Source: Octopus sinensis | Lineage: Eukaryota | Assembly: GCF_006345805.1 (NCBI RefSeq) | Contig: NC_043017.1 | Coordinates: 19,158,001 to 19,222,000, forward strand | Direction: 5' to 3' | Length of the DNA stretch: 64,000 bases | Shown: positions 62,526 to 64,000 of the stretch, piece by piece | Layout: each line of letters starts with the position of its first letter | Position numbering within the stretch: the stretch's first letter is position 1 | Notes under the pieces: generated by a model | Databases searched by the model: none | What the model saw: the letters and a program-made list of their open reading frames with translations, nothing else | Told to the model about the DNA's origin: nothing | Program-made: the position numbers and the translations under genes

Positions 62526-64000
62526 TAAAGGTGGGTACCGTTAATCGAAAAGTTCACTTCGTTAACCGTTAATCCGATAACCAAAAAGTTAACTTCGATA
62601 ACCGTTAATCAGTTAACTCTTTAAAAATGTAACAGACGTTATCGATAAACCGTTAACGCTAATTTTTATTATAGATAAAAGACAAACAAAAAAGTCAGTT
62701 TTTGCTCTAAAACCACCTAACAACACATTTAAAAAGTGCCAAAATTATAAAATCAGCCTTTTAAAAAATGTTTAAAAGGGCTTTAGAACCCCAAAACTGT
62801 AGTTTTCTAGCTTTAGAGTTAAAGCTAGCAAAAACGTTAGCACGCCGGGCGAAATGCTTAGCTACCTTCTGAGTTCAAATTCCGCCGAGGTAGACTTTGC
62901 CTTTCATCCCTTTCGGGGTCGATTAAATAAGTACCAGTTACGCACTGGGGTCGATATAATCGACTTAGTCCGTTTGTCTGTCCTTGTTTGTCCTCTCTGT
63001 GTTTAGCCCCTTGTGGGTAGTAAAGAAATAGGTATTTCGTCTGTCTCTACGTTCTGAGTTCAAATTCCGCCGAGGTCGACTTTGCCTGTCATCCTTTCGG
63101 GGTTGATCAATTAAGTACCAGTTGCGTACTGGGGTCGATCTAATCGACTGGTCCCCTCACCAAAAATTTCGGGCCTTGTGCCCAGAGTAGTAAAGAAAAA
63201 GAGTTTTAAAAAATGCTGATTTCATAGTTTTGACCTTTTTAAGGTTTATAACAGCTTTTAGAGCCAGAAAAGGGTAAAGAAACTCAAATGAAACACAATA
63301 TTAGTATTAAACTAAAAAAAGTTATTGATAAAGTGACCCTAAAAAAAAAAAATAAAAGACGAAAAACATGATGTATACATAATTTAATTTTTCCTCTTTT
63401 TCTCGTTCTCCATTTTGTTTATGAGATGTATGTTGCCCTTCATGAAAGTTAGCATGTCAAAGTTTTCATCAGACAAGGATGATCTCTTGGCCCTCAAGAT
63501 GTCCTTGCCCAGAGAGAGCAAACACTCCTCTGCAGCACTAAAGGGGATGGCTGTGTTGAACTTGACGAAACAAGTTCATCAACAGTTGTTCACCCAAGAA
63601 GGCAGCGTCTGTGAGCAAGTCTTTGGAGTTGGTCTCCAATCAGGTCTTCACCAAATTCTAGGCCTTGTCCTTTAGTGACCTGTAGGCTACTGCTACTCTC
63701 TTTTGGCTGGGTGACACCACCGTGAAGTCATTCTCATCCTCCTCGACCTTACTCTCCATGTTTTTCTTCACCTTGGCGACTTTGGTGTTGTCATACTTAT
63801 TCAACCAGATGAAGCGAAATCTGGGGTGGAAGGCAGCAACCAGCTGGCATTCCTCATCTTGCAGGAGGGTCCTAAACCTTTTGTCGATGCCTGTCAAGGC
63901 CCTTGGACTTCAAGTCCCCGAGCCTAAAGATCATCGCAGCATCTGTTGGCAGCAAAGTTAACTTCTGTTAAATGGAAGTTAAATTAGTCCGATAATGATT
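62526..64000 (-). mobile_element. hAT transposon deletion derivative with a SINE B dimer inserted at ~62826-63195
   Basis: Minus translation contains VAAFHPRF and SAAEECLLSLGKDILRAKRSSLSDENFDMLTFMKGN (hATC dimerization domain, frameshifted). End TAAAGGTGGGTACCG with AACCGTTAAT/AAAGTTAACTT subterminal repeats, which recur at the window end. Confidence 0.8.

Noticed and set aside
58702-64000. IST1 exon 2 (expected ELD.GL.E.V..LIWAAPR)
   Set aside because: No matching frame was found, so it must lie beyond the window.

Overview
AT-rich, repeat-dense eukaryotic DNA with GT-AG introns. The SINE, microsatellite and LINE landscape resembles a coleoid cephalopod (Octopus-like) genome; this is inferred from recalled repeat families and not proven. 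Three spliced genes were reconstructed by hand. (1) A DIPK1/FAM69 divergent kinase on + with four coding exons: 26128/26155-26259, 28515-28622, 35106-35324, 36944-37651 (about 379 aa from the ATG at 26155). (2) A complete UFSP1 Ufm1-specific protease on - with five coding exons: 53859-53749, 52749-52552, 50413-50311, 48913-48843, 47020-46877 (208 aa). (3) The first coding exon of IST1 on + (58433-58701), head-to-head with UFSP1. The rest is tRNA-derived SINEs, RTE, Tx1 and Dong/R4 LINE relics, a VNTR-bearing retroposon tail family, Tc1/mariner, piggyBac-type and hAT elements, and large microsatellite arrays. Almost all other ORFs in the supplied track are repeat artefacts. The most interesting signals are: hammerhead-ribozyme-like motifs (12978-13122, and a tandem relic at 49111-49318 inside a UFSP1 intron); a FAM69 catalytic-loop Asp replaced by an AAT Asn codon that A-to-I editing could restore; a retroposon-supplied branch point for the UFSP1 catalytic exon; a templated insertion that copied a UFSP1 splice donor; and a recurrent class of fold-back hairpins tied to (TA)n tracts.
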